Notes: generated from the sequence alone by a model not told the origin. A DNA stretch of 64,000 bases from Gammaproteobacteria bacterium (GCA_050298595.1 JBNKUM010000094.1:189539-253538); one strand, 5' to 3'; positions 11,032 to 22,130 are shown, counted from the first letter of the stretch. Made by a program: numbers and translations.

Positions 11032-11847
11032 ATGAATGTAGCACAACAACCCGTAACTCTCAGCCGACTACGTCAGCAAATCCATGCCAGCTCAGCACTG
11101 GATATGGCGACCATGCTGCAGCACTACTTTGACTACCTGCGTCAACGTCTACATGCCGATATGGTAGGGCTGCTCATCGCCTACCGGGGCAAGTATGTGG
11201 ATGAGGTCTGGAAGGCAGACTTGCTTGATGACTGGAAGGTGATGGATTACATCACCCCGGCTGGCAATATCAGCAGCAACTGGGCTATGTGTGAAGCCTA
11301 TTATCAACAGGCAAGGGCCAAGGGCATCGGCCCAGTGACCCGATACGCCCTCAAGCATACCGGGAAAACCCGCACCCACCGCTATTCTGATGTTATTCAG
11401 GATAATGATGAGGAGTGGCAGCAACACTGGAAGCGCGAAGCGTTGCAAGAGCAGAATGTGGGCGATCGTATGATAGGGGTTTACCACCTCGATGCCGAAG
11501 CGGAAAGCTACCTCATCGTCGACAGGGCTATGGCTGCCACCCCTTTCAGCAAGGAGGATGAAGCACGACTGATGGATTGTCTGCTCGAATTCCCTCGGCT
11601 GCACTACTGGTTATTTCTTGAGCGTGGTCTGCTTGCCCGGCACGAGCGACCCTGCTCACCCAAACAGCGTGAAATCATCCCATTGCTCTTCTCGAGTATG
11701 ACCGAAAAGGATATCGCAGAAACCATTGGCGTATCGCGGGGGACAGCCCACGGATATATCGTGGACATCTACCGCAACTTCGGCGTCAACTCGCGGGCCG
11801 AACTGGCTAGCCTGTGGTTTGAAGCACTACCAGTCACAGAGTCGTAG
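11032..11847 (+). CDS. LuxR-type C-terminal HTH regulator
   Basis: SPKQREII...EKDIAETIGVSRGTAHGYIVDIYRNFGVNSRAEL. Confidence 0.85.
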   Translation: MNVAQQPVTLSRLRQQIHASSALDMATMLQHYFDYLRQRLHADMVGLLIAYRGKYVDEVWKADLLDDWKVMDYITPAGNISSNWAMCEAYYQQARAKGIGPVTRYALKHTGKTRTHRYSDVIQDNDEEWQQHWKREALQEQNVGDRMIGVYHLDAEAESYLIVDRAMAATPFSKEDEARLMDCLLEFPRLHYWLFLERGLLARHERPCSPKQREIIPLLFSSMTEKDIAETIGVSRGTAHGYIVDIYRNFGVNSRAELASLWFEALPVTES

Positions 11848-11982
11848 TCTGCATCTCGCTATCCTTGCTGATCGATCTGCCGGGTTATCTCCACAGTCAA
11901 CTTTCAACTAAATAGTAGGGTCACAACCTCCCTCTGGCTGGGTATATTTCCATGTTTGCCCAGCATTATAGAGAATAGCTAA

Positions 11983-13713
11983 ATGAAAGACAGACCGATC
12001 AAGCACTACCTGAAGTTCACCATTTATCTCCCATTTTTAGTGGTCAGTATGATTATTAGTGGGTGTGGCGGGAGTGGAACTAAAGAGGCTACTGCAGAAA
12101 CTATTTCTGGCCAGTTTATTGATGCACCTGTTAGCGGATTAACTTACAGCTGTTCATCAGGTAGTAGTGGTGTGACGAACAATAATGGAGACTACAGCTG
12201 TAACGTTGGGGATACTGTAACCTTCAGCATCAACGGCTTTGTTATTGGTAGTGCTGCTGCGGCAGATGTTGTTACCCCATACGATATCTCTGGTGATGAC
12301 GCACAGGCAATAAATATTGCACAACTATTACAAACGCTTGATAGTGACGGTGACCCAACAAACGGAATCTCCATAGCACAAAGCGGTATTCTGTATGATG
12401 TCATGGGTACGCTTAAGGAAGGCGGCATAACGCTTGCACAAGTCGATTTTGATACAAACGTCCAGGCATATATCGACGCAGCATATAGCGCAGCGGGCCT
12501 GACACCGGCCACACTGGTTGATGCAGATACCGCGGAGACCGACCTGATTAAATCCATCGCAGGTTTATCTGGCTATGTGTCGAGCGAGGTGAATGCGGCA
12601 ATCACGCAGCAGCTTGTTCCCACTACCATCACCGATCCGATCCACGTGGAGCTAGTCACCGTGGCCGACTACCCGACTCTCCTCAAGAACCCGATGGTCA
12701 GCGTCCCGGCGGGATTCAACGGCGTCACGGTGAGCGAGAACGTTGACGGGCGTTATTGCCCCAACGGCAGCAGCGGCTGCAAGCAACGTTGGGACCTATA
12801 TTTCACGGCTGATGGCGCGTGTGAACTCGACGGCAACTATGACTTTTCTTTTACTGTGGGATGTGCGGCGGGTGGTGACTGCGGCACCATCGACCCTGAG
12901 TTTACGGATTTCGCGGTTACTGCAACGCTAGATTCTGAGAACTACTGCGCGGGGACGCAGGTTGGCTATGACCCGTTTACAGCGACAGCGGCTGTCACAC
13001 AGCAGATTGTTCCCACCGACGTCAAAAATCCCCTCTATGTAGAGCTCGTGACCATCAGCGACGCGCCTTACCGTTTGACGGCGAATAACGTCACCATCCC
13101 GAGCGGTCTCACCCTCCAGAGTTTCTCTGAGGATGAGGCGAATGCCGATTGTCCGAACAGCAGTGGTAACTGTAAGCAGCGCTGGGATCTCTACCTTCTC
13201 GACAACAGTGCCTGCGCCCTCGACGGCGATTACGTGTTCAACTTTGATACCACTTGCGATGTCGATGGGAACTGCGATCCGGCAGCAACCTACCAGGTGA
13301 AGGCGACGCTGGATTCTGAGAACTACTGCGCGAGCACGGGGTTCGACCCATTTAGAGCGGTAGCGGCAATCACGCAGCAGATCGTTCCTGTCGACGTCAG
13401 CAATCCTATCTATGTCGAGCTCGTTACTATTGCCGACGCGCCCTACCGATTGGTGGCGAACAACGTCAAGCTCCCGAGCGGCCTCACCCTCCAGAGTTTC
13501 TCTGAGGACACAGCGAACGCAAAATGTCCGAACAGCAGTGGCAACTGTAAGCAGCGCTGGGATCTCTACCTTATTGATAACGGCGCCTGCGCTCTAGACG
13601 GTAATTATGTCTACACTTTTGACACCACCTGCGATAATGGTGGGAACTGCGATCCGGCGGTGAGCAGCTACCAGGTGAAATCCACGTTGAACTCTGAGAG
13701 GTACTGCCACTGA
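11983..13713 (+). CDS. lipoprotein/adhesin with three ~120-aa Cys-rich repeats
   Basis: Lipobox ISGC; GQFIDAPVSGL N-terminal domain; 3x AAITQQ...CKQRWDLY...SENYC. Confidence 0.85.
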   Translation: MKDRPIKHYLKFTIYLPFLVVSMIISGCGGSGTKEATAETISGQFIDAPVSGLTYSCSSGSSGVTNNNGDYSCNVGDTVTFSINGFVIGSAAAADVVTPYDISGDDAQAINIAQLLQTLDSDGDPTNGISIAQSGILYDVMGTLKEGGITLAQVDFDTNVQAYIDAAYSAAGLTPATLVDADTAETDLIKSIAGLSGYVSSEVNAAITQQLVPTTITDPIHVELVTVADYPTLLKNPMVSVPAGFNGVTVSENVDGRYCPNGSSGCKQRWDLYFTADGACELDGNYDFSFTVGCAAGGDCGTIDPEFTDFAVTATLDSENYCAGTQVGYDPFTATAAVTQQIVPTDVKNPLYVELVTISDAPYRLTANNVTIPSGLTLQSFSEDEANADCPNSSGNCKQRWDLYLLDNSACALDGDYVFNFDTTCDVDGNCDPAATYQVKATLDSENYCASTGFDPFRAVAAITQQIVPVDVSNPIYVELVTIADAPYRLVANNVKLPSGLTLQSFSEDTANAKCPNSSGNCKQRWDLYLIDNGACALDGNYVYTFDTTCDNGGNCDPAVSSYQVKSTLNSERYCH

Positions 13714-13821
13714 ATGTCGTAGGCCGCAATCACCCCGGTTAGCACGAAATTTTACTTATTCCATTAAGGTGAAATTAAGTTGTCCCTGGTTGACAGTAAC
13801 CATCTAAGGCCGTTAATTTAA

Positions 13822-13855
13822 CCAGAGCCTGTTAGCACGTGTTAACAGGCTCTGG
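13822..13855. repeat. 34-bp near-perfect palindrome, possibly collapsed IS5-family ends
   Basis: CCAGAGCCTGTTAGCAC|GTGTTAACAGGCTCTGG. Confidence 0.6.
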
Positions 13856-13905
13856 CCCAGCGCATCTGGCGAGGGTTGAAATTACTACGGAACTTACGGA
13901 CATCC

Positions 13906-14808
13906 ATGATTACACGAAAATATCGCTACCTGATAGCATTGGCCAGCGAAAAACACTTTGGACGAGCAGCCGCGATCTGCCATGTTTCACCCTCTACCCT
14001 GTCTGCAGCAATTCGAGATATCGAAGAGACTCTGGGCGTTACCGTGGTAGAGCGCGGACAGCAGTTCGCCGGATTAACCTCTGAAGGCGAGGTCGTAGTG
14101 AAGTATGCCCAGCGTATGGCGGCAAGCGTGACCGACCTTAAACATGAGCTGGAGAATCTACGTGATGAGTTGACAGGATGCTTGCGCATTGGTGTGATTC
14201 CGACGGCAACTACGGCCGTTGCTACGTTGACTACCGCTTTCTGTCACCGACATAAAAATGCAACTGTCCAGGTATTGTCCCAGACCAATGATCAAATCTT
14301 GCAGCGCCTGCAACGTTTCGAACTCGACGCTGGGGTGATTTACTTCGACACGGCGGTTGATCCGGCATTCAAGGTGGTACCGATGTGGAACGAACAACAT
14401 GTTTTGCTCACTGCAGTGGATGGACCTTTTGCCGATTACTGCAGCGTTAGCTGGAAGGATGCAGCGAAAACTCCGTTATGCCTGCTGACGCCTGACATGA
14501 CCAATCGCAAGACCATCGATTCGGTGTTCGCACAGGTTGGTACAACCGTTTCCCCCACACTTGAAACCAATTCGCTGATTAGCCTGCTTGCGCATGTTGA
14601 CACGGGTAACTGGTCCTCCATTATCCCACGTAGCGTGCTGGAACAAATTGGCACACCACCAGGAGTCGTCGCTGTCGAACTGGTAGACCCCGGTGTAAAG
14701 TGGTCAACCGCGCTGGTGACCCTGGCGCGCGAACCTGCACCGCCTATCGTCAAGGAAATTGTACGTCAAGCTGAGTTGATGGTGCAGTCATTCGGCCCAG
14801 ACGAATAG
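13906..14808 (+). CDS. LysR-family regulator, probably of the fds operon
   Basis: HFGRAAAICHVSPSTLS HTH; immediately upstream of fdsG. Confidence 0.9.
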   Translation: MITRKYRYLIALASEKHFGRAAAICHVSPSTLSAAIRDIEETLGVTVVERGQQFAGLTSEGEVVVKYAQRMAASVTDLKHELENLRDELTGCLRIGVIPTATTAVATLTTAFCHRHKNATVQVLSQTNDQILQRLQRFELDAGVIYFDTAVDPAFKVVPMWNEQHVLLTAVDGPFADYCSVSWKDAAKTPLCLLTPDMTNRKTIDSVFAQVGTTVSPTLETNSLISLLAHVDTGNWSSIIPRSVLEQIGTPPGVVAVELVDPGVKWSTALVTLAREPAPPIVKEIVRQAELMVQSFGPDE

Positions 14809-14863
14809 TTGTTCGAAAAATCTCGCTTTTCATTACTCAGGAACGAGATTAAAAAACGGGGTT

Positions 14864-15313
14864 ATGAATAATGCACACAATAAAATCGTCGATCGACTGA
14901 TCGCTAACCATCGGGATCGTCCCGGCCCCTTATTACCCCTGCTACATGATGTGCAGGATGCTCTGGGGTATATCCCTGCTGACACGGTACCGATGATTGC
15001 CGCAGGGCTCAATCTGTCGCGTGCCGAAGTGCACGGCGTCATCAGCTATTACCATCATTTTCGCAGCAAGCCACCCGCAGCCAGGGTCATCAAGATTTGT
15101 CGTGCCGAAGCCTGTCAGGCCAGAGGCAGTGAGGCCCTGGCACAGCATGCAGAGGCAAGTGTTAACGGCCAGGACGTTGAGCTGGAAACCGTATATTGCC
15201 TGGGGCTATGCGCCAGCGGCCCCGCGATACAGATCAACGAGACCCAGCTCCACGCCAATCTTACGACGGATAAATTTGACGCTATCGTCGCAGACCTGGA
15301 GACACAATCATGA
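14864..15313 (+). CDS. fdsG: NAD-dependent formate dehydrogenase gamma subunit (NuoE-like)
   Basis: CRAEAC and CLGLC 2Fe-2S motifs; LSRAEVHGV. Confidence 0.92.
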   Translation: MNNAHNKIVDRLIANHRDRPGPLLPLLHDVQDALGYIPADTVPMIAAGLNLSRAEVHGVISYYHHFRSKPPAARVIKICRAEACQARGSEALAQHAEASVNGQDVELETVYCLGLCASGPAIQINETQLHANLTTDKFDAIVADLETQS

Positions 15314-16803
15314 GAGTGACGATGTATGTACCCGGTGATGCTGCAGCCTGTGCATTAGGGGCCGACGCGGTTGCTGAAGCAATTGTGAGAGAAGCATCAA
15401 GCCGTGATCTGCAGATTTCGCTGGTACGTAATGGCTCACGCGGCCTGTTCTGGCTGGAGCCCATGGTAGAGGTAAACACGCCTGGCGGGCGTGTCGCCTA
15501 CGGAGCGGTACAGGCCAGTGACGTCCCTGCGTTATTTGATGCGGGATTGTTTAATGGTGGTGAGCATGCCCTGCGCCTGGGTCTGGTTGAGCAGATTCCT
15601 TACCTGGCGAAACAGCAACGGGTCAGCATGAAGCGGCTTGGCGTGGTTGACCCACGTTCTCTGGACGACTATCTGGCTCATGGCGGTGGCGCAGGGCTGG
15701 CGCGCGCGCGTCAGATGAAGCCTGAAGAAATCGTTCAGGAAGTTATAGATTCAGGATTGCGCGGTCGCGGTGGTGCCGCTTTTCCTACCGGTATTAAATG
15801 GCAAACCGTACACAATACCCCCGCACCACAGAAGTATATTGTGTGCAATGCAGATGAGGGTGACTCTGGCACTTTTGCAGATCGCTTACTGATGGAAGGT
15901 GACCCTTTCTGTCTTTTTGAAGGCATGGCTATCGCTGGACTCGCCGTTGGTGCAAGCCGTGGCTACATCTATTTACGTTCGGAATATCCGCATGCCTATG
16001 CAGTGATGCAGGATGCACTGGATCAGGCCGGGTCCTGGCTCAATGGCTTCAGCATTGAGATTCGTAAGGCTGCGGGAGCCTATGTTTGCGGTGAAGAAAC
16101 CGCATTAATGGAAAGTATCGAAGGCCGCCGAGGTATTGTGCGTAACAAGCCACCCTTGCCAGCCATTGAAGGGCTGTTCGGTGCGCCAACCGTGATTAAT
16201 AATGTGATCAGTCTTGCCAGCGTGCCGGATATTCTAGCCGAGGGCGCTGCTTTTTATCATGGCTATGGCGTTGATCGATCGCGCGGTACGCTGCCATTCC
16301 AGCTTGCGGGTAACCTGAGGTACGGTGGACTGGTAGAAGTCCCGTTCGGACTTACCCTGCGCGAACTACTATATGACTTTGGCGGCGGTTCCGTCTCTGG
16401 ACGTCCTCTGCGCGCAGTCCAGGTCGGCGGACCTCTCGGTGCCTACCTGCCTGAGTCACAGTTCGACACGGTGCTGGACTATGAAGCCTTTAGTGCCATT
16501 GGTGCAGTACTCGGTCACGGTGGCATCGTGGCCTTCGACGATAGTGTCGATATGGTCAGCCAGGCCCATTATGCAATGAAGTTCTGTGCTGAAGAATCCT
16601 GTGGTAAGTGTACCCCCTGTCGCATCGGTTCCACTCGTGGTATGGAAGTGATTGATCGCATCCGCGCCGGCCAGGCGGGGCAAACCGAATTACTGCGCAG
16701 CCTTTGTGACACCATGCTTAACGGTTCTATGTGCGCCATGGGCGGCATGACCCCTTATCCAGTGCTTTCTGCACTCAATCATTTTCCAGAGGACTTCCAG
16801 TGA
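15310..16803 (+). CDS. fdsB: formate dehydrogenase beta subunit (NuoF-like)
   Basis: GLRGRGGAAFP, NADEGD and ESCGKCTPC motifs. Confidence 0.95.
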   Translation: MRVTMYVPGDAAACALGADAVAEAIVREASSRDLQISLVRNGSRGLFWLEPMVEVNTPGGRVAYGAVQASDVPALFDAGLFNGGEHALRLGLVEQIPYLAKQQRVSMKRLGVVDPRSLDDYLAHGGGAGLARARQMKPEEIVQEVIDSGLRGRGGAAFPTGIKWQTVHNTPAPQKYIVCNADEGDSGTFADRLLMEGDPFCLFEGMAIAGLAVGASRGYIYLRSEYPHAYAVMQDALDQAGSWLNGFSIEIRKAAGAYVCGEETALMESIEGRRGIVRNKPPLPAIEGLFGAPTVINNVISLASVPDILAEGAAFYHGYGVDRSRGTLPFQLAGNLRYGGLVEVPFGLTLRELLYDFGGGSVSGRPLRAVQVGGPLGAYLPESQFDTVLDYEAFSAIGAVLGHGGIVAFDDSVDMVSQAHYAMKFCAEESCGKCTPCRIGSTRGMEVIDRIRAGQAGQTELLRSLCDTMLNGSMCAMGGMTPYPVLSALNHFPEDFQ

Positions 16804-19634
16804 AAGCGACTGACTACGGTACCCCGGCGATCACTGCCGATGATGAGGTAAATCTTGAGATAGACGGCGTTGCTGTCAAGGTGCCAGCGGGCACCTCGGT
16901 AATGCGCGCAGCGGTCATGGCCGGTGCAATGATCCCCAAGCTATGCGCGACCGATAGCTTGAAACCCTTTGGTTCCTGTCGTTTATGTCTGGTGGAAATT
17001 GAAGGGCGGCGTGGTACACCAGCCTCCTGTACCACGCCAGTAGAGCAGGGCATGCAGGTGCGTACCCAGTCAGCGCAACTGGCTGAACTGCGACGCAACG
17101 TGATGGAGCTTTACATCTCCGACCATCCGCTTGATTGCTTAACCTGTTCCGCCAACGGTAACTGCGAGTTACAGACGATGGCTGGCGTGGTTGGACTACG
17201 CGAAGTACGTTACGGCTTTTCTGGCGCCAACCATTTCGAGGATGCGCAAAAAGACGAATCCAACCCGTATTTTAGTTATGACCCGGCAAAGTGCATTGTA
17301 TGTAACCGCTGCGTGCGAGCCTGCGAAGAGCAACAGGGCAGCTTCGCCATTACCATTTCAGGACGAGGTTTCGAGTCTCGAGTGACTGCAGGCCAGGAGG
17401 AATCCTTTATGGATTCTGAATGTGTTTCCTGTGGTGCCTGCGTTAATGCCTGTCCCACCGCCACGCTGATGGACAAAAGTGTCATAGAGCACGGTCAAGC
17501 TGAGCATAGCATCTCCACCACCTGCGCCTACTGCGGTGTCGGTTGTGGCTTCGATGCCGAGATGCAGGGCAACAAAGTGATCCGCATGACCCCTACCAAA
17601 TCCAGCCGCGCCAACGAAGGTCATGCCTGCGTTAAGGGGCGTTTTGCCTGGGGCTATGCGACACACCCAGATCGCATTACCAAACCGATGATTCGAGCCA
17701 AAACCAGCGACCCCTGGCGCGAGGTCTCATGGCAGGAAGCGCTGGATCATGCTGCCTCTGAATTTCGCCGTATTCAACAAAAGCATGGACAAAACGCCAT
17801 TGGCGCACTGGTGTCCAGCCGTTGCACCAACGAAGAAGACTATCTGGTACAGAAGTTAGTACGTACCGCGTTTGGCAATAACAATGTCGACACCTGCGCT
17901 CGAGTATGCCATTCACCTACGGGTTATGGACTTGGCCAGACTTATGGTACCTCCGCTGGAACCCAGACCTTCAAATCGGTAGAAAAGGCCGATGTCATCA
18001 TGGTCATAGGCGCCAACCCGGTTGCTGCTCATCCGGTGTTTGGTTCACGCCTGCGCAAACGGGTACGCGAGGGTGCCAAACTGATTGTCATCGATCCGCG
18101 TACCACTGAGATGGTCGATTCACCGCATGCGGGTGCAATACATCACCTTAAGTTACGTCCAGGCACCAATGTCGCTTTACTCACCTCGCTGGCGCATGTC
18201 ATTGTCGATGAGGGTCTACTCGACGAAGCTTTTATCAGTGAACGCTGTGAAAGCCAGGCCTTTGCCGACTGGCGTAACTTTGTGGCGCGACAGGAGAATT
18301 CCCCCGAAGCCATGGCCAAAGAAACCGGCGTTGAGGCGCAGCAGGTACGTGAAGCGGCACGCCTGTATGCTAGTGGCGGTAACGCAGCCATCTACTACGG
18401 TCTGGGTGTCACCGAACATTCTCAGGGCTCTACATCTGTCATCGCTATTGCAAACCTTGCCATGGCAACCGGAAATGTGGGCCGTGAAGGCGTAGGCGTG
18501 AATCCATTGCGAGGACAAAACAATGTGCAGGGTTCCTGTGATATGGGGAGTTTTCCTCATGAGCTGCCCGGCTACCGCCATGTCTCTGACAGTGCGACTC
18601 GGTCGTTGTTTGAGCAGGCCTGGGGCGTCAGCCTGCAGGCTGAACCTGGCCTGCGTATTCCGAATATGCTGGAAGCAGCCTTGGATGGCTCATTTCAGGG
18701 GCTCTACTGTCAGGGCGAGGACCCAGCCCAGTCCGACCCCAATACCCAGCACGTTCAGGCAGCGCTAAAAGCAATGGAATGCGTGGTCGTTCAGGATCTG
18801 TTCCTCAACGAAACCGCCAAATATGCCCATGTCTTTCTACCCGGCGCATCGTTCCTGGAAAAGGATGGTACCTTTACCAATGCCGAGCGCCGCATCTCGC
18901 GGGTGCGTCGAGTCATGCCACCCTTAGCCGGTAAAGCTGACTGGGAAGTAACCATGGGGCTGGCTAATGCACTCGGTTACAGCATGCACTACGAGCATCC
19001 TGCGCAAATCATGGATGAAATCGCAACGCTGACGCCTTCTTTCAACGGTGTCAGCTACGATAAGCTGGAACAACATGGCAGCTTACAATGGCCCTGCAAT
19101 GACAGCGCCCCTCTGGGCACAGCAACCATGCACGCAGAAGGTTTTGTGCGCGGTCAGGGACGTTTCATGATCACCCAGTATGTCCCTACCGATGAAAAGG
19201 TGAACAAGCGCTTTCCGCTGATACTCACTACCGGTCGCGTACTGTCGCAATACAATGTCGGCGCACAGACACGACGTACCGAGAATAATCGCTTCTTTGC
19301 CGAAGACCGACTGGAAATCCACCCGCAGGATGCCGAGGATCGCGGTATCGCTGAAGGCGACTGGGTAGGCATTCGTTCGCGTACTGGCGAGACGGTACTA
19401 CGCGCAACACTGACACAACGTGTACAGGCAGGTGTATGCTATACCACCTTCCACTTTCCGGAAAGTGGCGCCAACGTGATCACCACCGATAACTCAGACT
19501 GGGCCACCAATTGCCCAGAATATAAGGTCACTGCTGTTGAGCTGGTGCGGGTTGAACAGCCTTCCACCTGGCAGCAACGCAATGCGCGCCATGATGCTGA
19601 ACAGCGCCGCCTGCTGACTGGGGCAGAAAGCTAA
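16800..19634 (+). CDS. fdsA: formate dehydrogenase alpha subunit (Mo-bisPGD, Cys ligand)
   Basis: Fe-S motifs, CAYCGVGC, DTCARVCH, RGQNNVQG; GTG start overlaps the fdsB stop. Confidence 0.95.
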   Translation: MKATDYGTPAITADDEVNLEIDGVAVKVPAGTSVMRAAVMAGAMIPKLCATDSLKPFGSCRLCLVEIEGRRGTPASCTTPVEQGMQVRTQSAQLAELRRNVMELYISDHPLDCLTCSANGNCELQTMAGVVGLREVRYGFSGANHFEDAQKDESNPYFSYDPAKCIVCNRCVRACEEQQGSFAITISGRGFESRVTAGQEESFMDSECVSCGACVNACPTATLMDKSVIEHGQAEHSISTTCAYCGVGCGFDAEMQGNKVIRMTPTKSSRANEGHACVKGRFAWGYATHPDRITKPMIRAKTSDPWREVSWQEALDHAASEFRRIQQKHGQNAIGALVSSRCTNEEDYLVQKLVRTAFGNNNVDTCARVCHSPTGYGLGQTYGTSAGTQTFKSVEKADVIMVIGANPVAAHPVFGSRLRKRVREGAKLIVIDPRTTEMVDSPHAGAIHHLKLRPGTNVALLTSLAHVIVDEGLLDEAFISERCESQAFADWRNFVARQENSPEAMAKETGVEAQQVREAARLYASGGNAAIYYGLGVTEHSQGSTSVIAIANLAMATGNVGREGVGVNPLRGQNNVQGSCDMGSFPHELPGYRHVSDSATRSLFEQAWGVSLQAEPGLRIPNMLEAALDGSFQGLYCQGEDPAQSDPNTQHVQAALKAMECVVVQDLFLNETAKYAHVFLPGASFLEKDGTFTNAERRISRVRRVMPPLAGKADWEVTMGLANALGYSMHYEHPAQIMDEIATLTPSFNGVSYDKLEQHGSLQWPCNDSAPLGTATMHAEGFVRGQGRFMITQYVPTDEKVNKRFPLILTTGRVLSQYNVGAQTRRTENNRFFAEDRLEIHPQDAEDRGIAEGDWVGIRSRTGETVLRATLTQRVQAGVCYTTFHFPESGANVITTDNSDWATNCPEYKVTAVELVRVEQPSTWQQRNARHDAEQRRLLTGAES

Positions 19635-20470
19635 TGCAACGCCATTCCGCGTTTCGCGTACGCCGCCCCGGACAACCTAGCGCTATTGATCGAGTGGTTG
19701 AAGAGGTAGCGGTGGCTTTCGAATACAATGGCATCGCGCATACCGTGATGCTGGCGACGCCTGATGATCTGGAAGATTTTGCCGTTGGTTTTAGTCTAAC
19801 TGAGGGTATTGTTAACGATGTCACGCAGATCCATGACCTCGAAATAGAGTCATCAGATATGGGGGTCGTGTTGCACATCGATATCGCGGGCGGGCCTTTT
19901 TTCCAGCTCAAGCAACGGCGTCGTAGCCTGGCCGGACGTACCGGCTGCGGTCTGTGTGGTGCAGAAAGCCTTTCTCAGGTTACGCGCGACCTGGCAGCGG
20001 TCAGCGCCAGTGCAACACCGACACTGGAAGCACTGCGCAGCGCAATACATAAGCTGCCGCAGCATCAGCAGTTACAGCAGGAAACCGGAGCAGTCCATGC
20101 CACCTGCCATGTAGCAGTTGATGGAGAACTGAGTCATATACGCGAAGATGTTGGGCGTCATAATGCACTGGACAAAACCCTGGGCAGCCTAGCACGTACG
20201 AGGCACCCGGTAGAGGGCGGCCTGCTCGTTACCAGTCGCGCAAGTTTTGAGATGGTACAAAAAACCGCTGCGCTTGGTTATGGGCTACTGGCCGCCGTCT
20301 CAGCGCCCACCGCCGCCGCAATCAGGCTGGCACAAAGCCTTGACCTGACACTGGTCGGTTTTTTACGGGGTGATAAATGCGTGATCTACACCCACGAACA
20401 CCGCCTGCTCAACGAGCCTGTCTGCAGTGAAGATTACCCGTTTTACTTTTCGATGGAAAACCGAGCATGA
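19634..20470 (+). CDS. fdhD: formate dehydrogenase accessory sulfurtransferase (FdsC/FdhD)
   Basis: CGLCG and EDVGRHNALDK motifs. Confidence 0.95.
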   Translation: MQRHSAFRVRRPGQPSAIDRVVEEVAVAFEYNGIAHTVMLATPDDLEDFAVGFSLTEGIVNDVTQIHDLEIESSDMGVVLHIDIAGGPFFQLKQRRRSLAGRTGCGLCGAESLSQVTRDLAAVSASATPTLEALRSAIHKLPQHQQLQQETGAVHATCHVAVDGELSHIREDVGRHNALDKTLGSLARTRHPVEGGLLVTSRASFEMVQKTAALGYGLLAAVSAPTAAAIRLAQSLDLTLVGFLRGDKCVIYTHEHRLLNEPVCSEDYPFYFSMENRA

Positions 20471-20685
20471 ATCCAAACAACCTGATCAAAATGGCCAACC
20501 AGATTGGTGACTTCTTTTCTGCTATGCCCGATGCTGAACAAGCTAAACATGATATTGCTGACCATATGCAACGCTTCTGGGAACCACGCATGCGACAAAA
20601 CCTGATGAGTCATCTTGACCAGCACGGCGATGCACAATTGAAACCCATGGTGCGCGCTGCGCTTGTGTTGATGAAAGAAAGTTAA
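20467..20685 (+). CDS. fdsD: formate dehydrogenase delta subunit
   Basis: LIKMANQIG...FWEPRMR. Confidence 0.92.
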   Translation: MNPNNLIKMANQIGDFFSAMPDAEQAKHDIADHMQRFWEPRMRQNLMSHLDQHGDAQLKPMVRAALVLMKES

Positions 20686-20925
20686 GTCAGCGCCTGCTCA
20701 ACAAATAGGAGCAATGGCATGACAGGTAAAGGAACTACAACGGGAAGCACTGGGGCCGTTTAAGCCTGAATAATCGCCAGTTTTCGGATAAAATATTTGT
20801 TTAAACAATAGCTTACTTTGGTCCATCCCTCTATGTGACTCAAAGATCTCAGTTAAAGCGATGCGGGGTTTCTGTTATGGTTTCCCTGTTAGAAAATTCA
20901 TGTCCCCAGGTGTTTAGAAAATAAT

Positions 20926-21915
20926 ATGAAAACAAGAATATTGGGTAAGTCTGGTTATGTGGTATCTGAAATAGGCTTGGGTTGCTGGCAGCTCGGTAAT
21001 GACTTTGGCCCCGTGGAAGAGCAACAGGCTGCCGCAATACTGGACACGGCTGAGGACCAGCAGATTTGCTTCTGGGATACTGCCGATGTTTATGGTGCAG
21101 GTTTGAGTGAACGCCGTATTGGTCAATGGCTGGCCAGCTTGGGACCGAATGATAAGCGGCCACTGGTGGCTACCAAAGTCGGGCGGGATGCCGCTCTTTA
21201 TCCCGATGGATACACTAAAGCCAGGGTACGGACTAATTTACTTGGCTCGATTGATCGTTTGGGTGTGGAAGCGTTAGATCTGGTTCAGCTACATTGTGTA
21301 CCTACCGAGATATTGATGGCAGGCGATATGCTGGACTGGATGGAAGACTTTCAACAGGAAGGGTTGATCAAGGCTTTTGGAGCCAGTGTAGAGAAAATAG
21401 ATGAGGCTTTGTTCTGTGTTGAGCACCCTAAGCTGACCAGTTTGCAGATTCTATTTAATCTCTTTAGACAGGATGCTACCGAAGTTCTGTTGCCCAAAGC
21501 AGCAGAAAAAGAGGTAGGTGTTATTGTACGTTTGCCATTAGCCAGTGGCTTACTCAGTGGCAAGATGACCAAAGATCAGCAATTTGCAGCGGGAGATCAT
21601 CGCAACTATAACCGTGATGGTGCCGCTTTCCATGTGGGAGAGACCTTTAATGGTATTCCCTTTGAAAAGGGCGTGGAGTTGGTGCAAGAACTGAATAGCT
21701 TTGTTCCTCAGGACATGACGTTATTGCAAATGGCCTTGCGCTGGATATTGGATCAACCGCAGGTGAGCACGGTTATTGCCGGTGCTAGTAAAGCTTATCA
21801 GGTGGAAAGCAACGCCGCTGCTTCAGCACTTCCACCTTTATCTGACGTTCTGCATCAACAATTGCGGGCATTCTATTACGACAAAGTAAGAGACCAGATT
21901 CGGGGAGGGCTCTAA
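20926..21915 (+). CDS. aldo/keto reductase (copy 1)
   Basis: GLGCW, DTADVYG and ATK motifs; paralog at 36449. Confidence 0.93.
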   Translation: MKTRILGKSGYVVSEIGLGCWQLGNDFGPVEEQQAAAILDTAEDQQICFWDTADVYGAGLSERRIGQWLASLGPNDKRPLVATKVGRDAALYPDGYTKARVRTNLLGSIDRLGVEALDLVQLHCVPTEILMAGDMLDWMEDFQQEGLIKAFGASVEKIDEALFCVEHPKLTSLQILFNLFRQDATEVLLPKAAEKEVGVIVRLPLASGLLSGKMTKDQQFAAGDHRNYNRDGAAFHVGETFNGIPFEKGVELVQELNSFVPQDMTLLQMALRWILDQPQVSTVIAGASKAYQVESNAAASALPPLSDVLHQQLRAFYYDKVRDQIRGGL

Positions 21916-21968
21916 GAGCTAAAAGGACAGGTCTATCCTTTAAGACTTTCAAAATGATACGCTTTACT

Positions 21969-22130
21969 CATGTACAGACCTTACGACTAGAATTTCTGTT
22001 TGCCCTCTAACGTCTCGCTTCCAGTGTGGGTATCGTGAAGATATCGAGGAAGATCGCCTGGCTTTTCTAGAAGTGTTTTGATCTGTTATCGAGCAGTTCA
22101 ACTGGTGTGTTTTGCCTATTGCCAGATGTG
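21969..22130 (+). pseudogene. decayed 5' RAYT remnant
   Basis: Matches 1134-1303 (GCCTGGCTTTTCTAGAAGTGTTTT...GAGCAGTTCAACTGG) with indels. Confidence 0.8.

Noticed and set aside
16731-19634. Selenocysteine in FdsA and the 16731 start
   Set aside because: Active site is Cys (DTCARVCH) with no in-frame TGA; GTG 16800 fits translational coupling
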